From the NCBI GenBank assembly GCA_007125385.1, contig SLDI01000008.1:1-44387 (forward strand): 44,387 bases of DNA. Reading direction: 5' to 3'. Both the position numbers and the translations under genes were made by a program. This document shows positions 41,821 to 44,387 of the stretch, in pieces (position 1 is the stretch's first letter; each line of letters opens with the position of its first letter). The notes under the pieces were generated by a model. That model was given only the letters and a program-made list of their open reading frames with translations, was not told where the DNA came from and searched no databases. Origin of the DNA: Phycisphaeraceae bacterium. GTDB lineage: Bacteria; Planctomycetota; Phycisphaerae; Phycisphaerales; Phycisphaeraceae.

Positions 41821-42882
41821 TCAGTGGTTGCGGCGGATGCCGCCGGCACCGCCGGCTCGCGGCCGGGGCGTCGCCGGGGCGACCTCGCCGGAAATATTGG
41901 CCTCGAAAGCATCGCTGGGCGGGGTGGCGATGGGCACCGGGGGAGCCGGCCGCTCGATCATCCGGTGCACGTAGCGCGGCGCCGTGATGACGAACGTGAT
42001 GCCCGTCCGGCCGCGGTAGTAGTAAATCGACGCGTATCGGCCTTCGATCCGATCGCCGATCTGGGTCGAGCCGGTGCCGGTGCGACCGCCGCGGCCACCG
42101 ATGCCGCCGCCGCCGCCGCGCCCGCTGCGCCCGCTGCCGCCGCTGCCGACACGCTCTTCCCACATGCCCGGCTCGCGATACCAGATCTCCGGCTCGACGC
42201 TGGAGATGATGATGTCGGCGATCTCGATGGCACGCTCACCCTGGAGGAACGCCTCGTCCGTCTCGTCGTCGCCCCCGCGATTGCCTCCTCGGCCGCCGGT
42301 ACGTCCGCCGCTGCGGCCTCCTCCGATCCCGCTGCCGCCTCCGATCCCGCTGCCGCCGCCCGAACCACCGGTCAGGCCAACCTCCGGCGGCTCGATGAAC
42401 TGCGGCGTGTCCATGAGCAGGTTCGTGATGTTGTAGTGCCGCTGCACCATCCGCGCCGGCTGGTTCGCCTGCTCGAAGGTGATCACCTCCGCATACCAGT
42501 CGGTGTAGTCGAAACGCAGCTCCTCAAAGCCCGTGGCCTGCAACCGCCGCACAAGCAGCTCCAGCATCTGGTCCGCACGCATCGGCGGCAGGGTCTCCGG
42601 CAGCGCCGTCTGCTGACGCGGACGCACGCCCGCCTCCATCTCCAGCATCTGCCAGTTCACCAGCATCGGGATACCGGTGGCCTCGCCGAACCGCTCGAAC
42701 GCCTGCTGGAACGTGCCGCTGAGATCCACCTGCACCGTCCGGTCCAGCAACTGATCGACCGTCGGCTGCTGCTCCGCCGCCACCTGCGGCTGCTGCTGAA
42801 GCTGCGCCTGGGCGCCGGCGGCGAGACTGACCGTCACGGCCAGGGCCAACCCGCCAACTGTCCACTTCTTCGGAGTCCGCAT
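41821..42882 (-). CDS. Secreted protein with two Gly/Arg-rich low-complexity inserts
   Basis: ATG at 42882 with AGGAGAA 6 nt upstream. Signal peptide MRTPKKWTVGGLALAVTVSLAAGAQA. Structured N-terminal domain, then 'GGSGGGSGIGGGSGIGGGRSGGRTGGRGGNRGGDDE' and 'GSGGSGRSGRGGGGGIGGRGGRTGTGS'. Confidence 0.7.
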   Translation of the reverse strand: MRTPKKWTVGGLALAVTVSLAAGAQAQLQQQPQVAAEQQPTVDQLLDRTVQVDLSGTFQQAFERFGEATGIPMLVNWQMLEMEAGVRPRQQTALPETLPPMRADQMLELLVRRLQATGFEELRFDYTDWYAEVITFEQANQPARMVQRHYNITNLLMDTPQFIEPPEVGLTGGSGGGSGIGGGSGIGGGRSGGRTGGRGGNRGGDDETDEAFLQGERAIEIADIIISSVEPEIWYREPGMWEERVGSGGSGRSGRGGGGGIGGRGGRTGTGSTQIGDRIEGRYASIYYYRGRTGITFVITAPRYVHRMIERPAPPVPIATPPSDAFEANISGEVAPATPRPRAGGAGGIRRNH

Positions 42883-43041
42883 CACATCTTCTCCTGCATG
42901 GGGTGCACCGGCCGTCCCACGAGCCCGGACCGATGGCCGCGCTCGCAACTTCCCCCCCGATGGGGCCGCCGCTTGCCCAGTCCATCCTACTTCACCCGCC
43001 GCAGCCGTGTCAACCAGAACCCCCGTCTCGTGCTGCGGCGG

Positions 43042-44295
43042 CTACCTTCCAGCAGCCGATTCGCTCCGACTGCTGCCGCCGCTGCCACCACCATCTATAT
43101 CGTCCACGTCCACCCCCGGGTTCGCCCTGTTTTCATCCTCCGCCTCCCCGGCCGCCCACCGCCGGACCCGCGGCAACACCACCTCCACCGCCAGGATCCG
43201 CCCGCACGCCGCCAACGGAATCGCGATCAGCATCCCCAGCAGCCCCGCCAGCAGCCCGCCCACCAGCACCGCCAGCAGCACCCCCAGCGGGTCCATGTTC
43301 GTCGCCTGCCCCTGCACCAGCGGCTCCACCAACCAGTTGTCCAGGCCCTGGGCGACCATATAAACAACGCTGGGCCAGACGATTACACCCCAAACGTCGA
43401 ACCCCGCTCCCGCGCCCGTCACCGCCTCGAGCCACGCCAGGCCCACCGCCACCGGCCAGGTGATCGCCACCGCGAAAGGCACGAGGTTCAGCGCCCCGCC
43501 CACCAGCCCCAGCACCAGCCAGTAGGGCACGCCCACCAGCCACCACCCGCTGCTGAGCACCACCGCCACCACGGCCGCCTGCACCACGCGGCCGCGAATG
43601 AAAGCCGATACCGCTGCGTCCATCTTGCCCAAAATCGCCAGCGTCTCGGCCCGGTGCCACGCCGGGATCAGCGGCACGAACCACGCCAGCATCCGGTCGA
43701 ACCGCCACAGGAAGAAGAAGAAGCAGAAGCAGACCACCACCGCCGCGATGGCCAGGTAGCTGGCCCACCCGAGCGTCGTGCCCACCACGCCGATGCCCAC
43801 GTCCAGCCACTGCCACGCCAGCGCCCCCAGGGCCTGGAAATCCAGCGTCAGCGTCCCGTCGGGCCCGGTGGTGAGCACCCGCTCGCGCACCTCCTCGTCC
43901 AGCCGGCCGATCATCGCCGCCAGGTCCAGGCCGAAAGACTCGGCGATCTGCCGGACGTACTCGGGCAGGTTTGCCACCAGCGCCGCCGTCTGCCGCACCA
44001 GCCGCGGGCCGAACCACCCCACCGCCAGCCCCGCCGCCACCAGCACGCTCAGCAGTAGAACCGCCGCGGACACCGGCCGCGGCACGCGCCATCGCCGCTC
44101 CAGCCAACGCGCCGGCGGCGTCAGCACGTACGCCAGCACCAGCCCCACCAGCACCGGCAGCAGGATCGGCCGCAGCAGGTACAAGAGCCCGACGATCGGC
44201 GGCAGCGCCAGCATGAGCACCAGCAGCACCACCAGCACGACCAGCAGGCCCTGAAACCACTTGCGATGCCAGACTGGCGTCTCGACGGGCGGCAT
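43042..44295 (-). CDS. AI-2E family transporter (PerM/UPF0118-like permease)
   Basis: About 8 TM segments. Characteristic 'FIRGRVVQAAVVAVVLSSGWWLVGVPYWLVLGLVGGALNLVPF' and 'LVEPLVQGQATNMDPLGVLLAVLVGGLLAGLLGMLIAIPLAA'. The start is uncertain (ATG 44295 chosen; TTG 44376 in the track). Confidence 0.85.
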   Translation of the reverse strand: MPPVETPVWHRKWFQGLLVVLVVLLVLMLALPPIVGLLYLLRPILLPVLVGLVLAYVLTPPARWLERRWRVPRPVSAAVLLLSVLVAAGLAVGWFGPRLVRQTAALVANLPEYVRQIAESFGLDLAAMIGRLDEEVRERVLTTGPDGTLTLDFQALGALAWQWLDVGIGVVGTTLGWASYLAIAAVVVCFCFFFFLWRFDRMLAWFVPLIPAWHRAETLAILGKMDAAVSAFIRGRVVQAAVVAVVLSSGWWLVGVPYWLVLGLVGGALNLVPFAVAITWPVAVGLAWLEAVTGAGAGFDVWGVIVWPSVVYMVAQGLDNWLVEPLVQGQATNMDPLGVLLAVLVGGLLAGLLGMLIAIPLAACGRILAVEVVLPRVRRWAAGEAEDENRANPGVDVDDIDGGGSGGSSRSESAAGR

Positions 44296-44387
44296 GATCG
44301 CCAATGCGATCTGCCACGAAATCGTCCGTCGAGGCTGGGCCGACCGCACCTTCGTGGACCGGCACGTGGCCTTCAAGCGGGGCAGAA

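Overview
This is a 44.4-kb, very GC-rich (about 70% by eye) bacterial chromosomal segment. All calls come from reading the sequence and ORF translations; no database or HMM search was run, so family names are motif-level recognitions. The content fits a Planctomycetota/Phycisphaerae-like organism (inference only): ECF sigma/anti-sigma pairs, AGGAG-type ribosome-binding sites, giant beta-helix repeat proteins, and PEP-CTERM sorting tails preceded by dockerin-like Ca-binding repeats.

Gene content, left to right:
1. A minus-strand envelope/metal-stress operon (1-3190): ECF sigma, DUF4405 membrane protein, zf-HC2 anti-sigma, LTXXQ/ZraP-like periplasmic protein, and a truncated RND adaptor. A secreted 'RDGxGP' repeat protein lies divergently (3349-3900).
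2. A SigR/RsrA-like thiol-redox module (3985-6222): ECF sigma, small ZAS anti-sigma, thioredoxin, a 37-aa ORF, and a VKOR-like protein.
3. An accessory zone rich in surface proteins and glycosidase-like genes. It holds two giant T5SS/PEP-CTERM-type repeat proteins (1022 and about 1637 aa). Several glycoside-hydrolase-like genes are also present. A roughly 270-bp dockerin-pair/PEP-CTERM cassette is reused at four loci. The 3' flanks of the PEP-CTERM genes hold decayed DNA, including three IS remnants (IS21-, IS3- and rve-type), an Asp-box fragment and a chimeric ORF.
4. A cytochrome c / OprP-like porin / lipoprotein cytochrome c / DUF2231 operon (15278-18493).
5. A soluble REC-HK-REC hybrid kinase, a PhyH dioxygenase, a 632-aa ankyrin protein, a COG4310(M28-like)-AAC(3) fusion protein, a nested palindromic repeat cluster, a Gly/Arg-rich secreted protein and an AI-2E transporter.

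No rRNA, tRNA or CRISPR array was seen. Most long alternative-frame ORFs in the track are GC-driven shadow ORFs.

The candidates most worth follow-up are the modular PEP-CTERM anchoring cassette with IS scars, the concatenated giant adhesin, the two ECF modules, the porin-cytochrome operon, the COG4310-AAC(3) fusion and the dispersed palindromic element.
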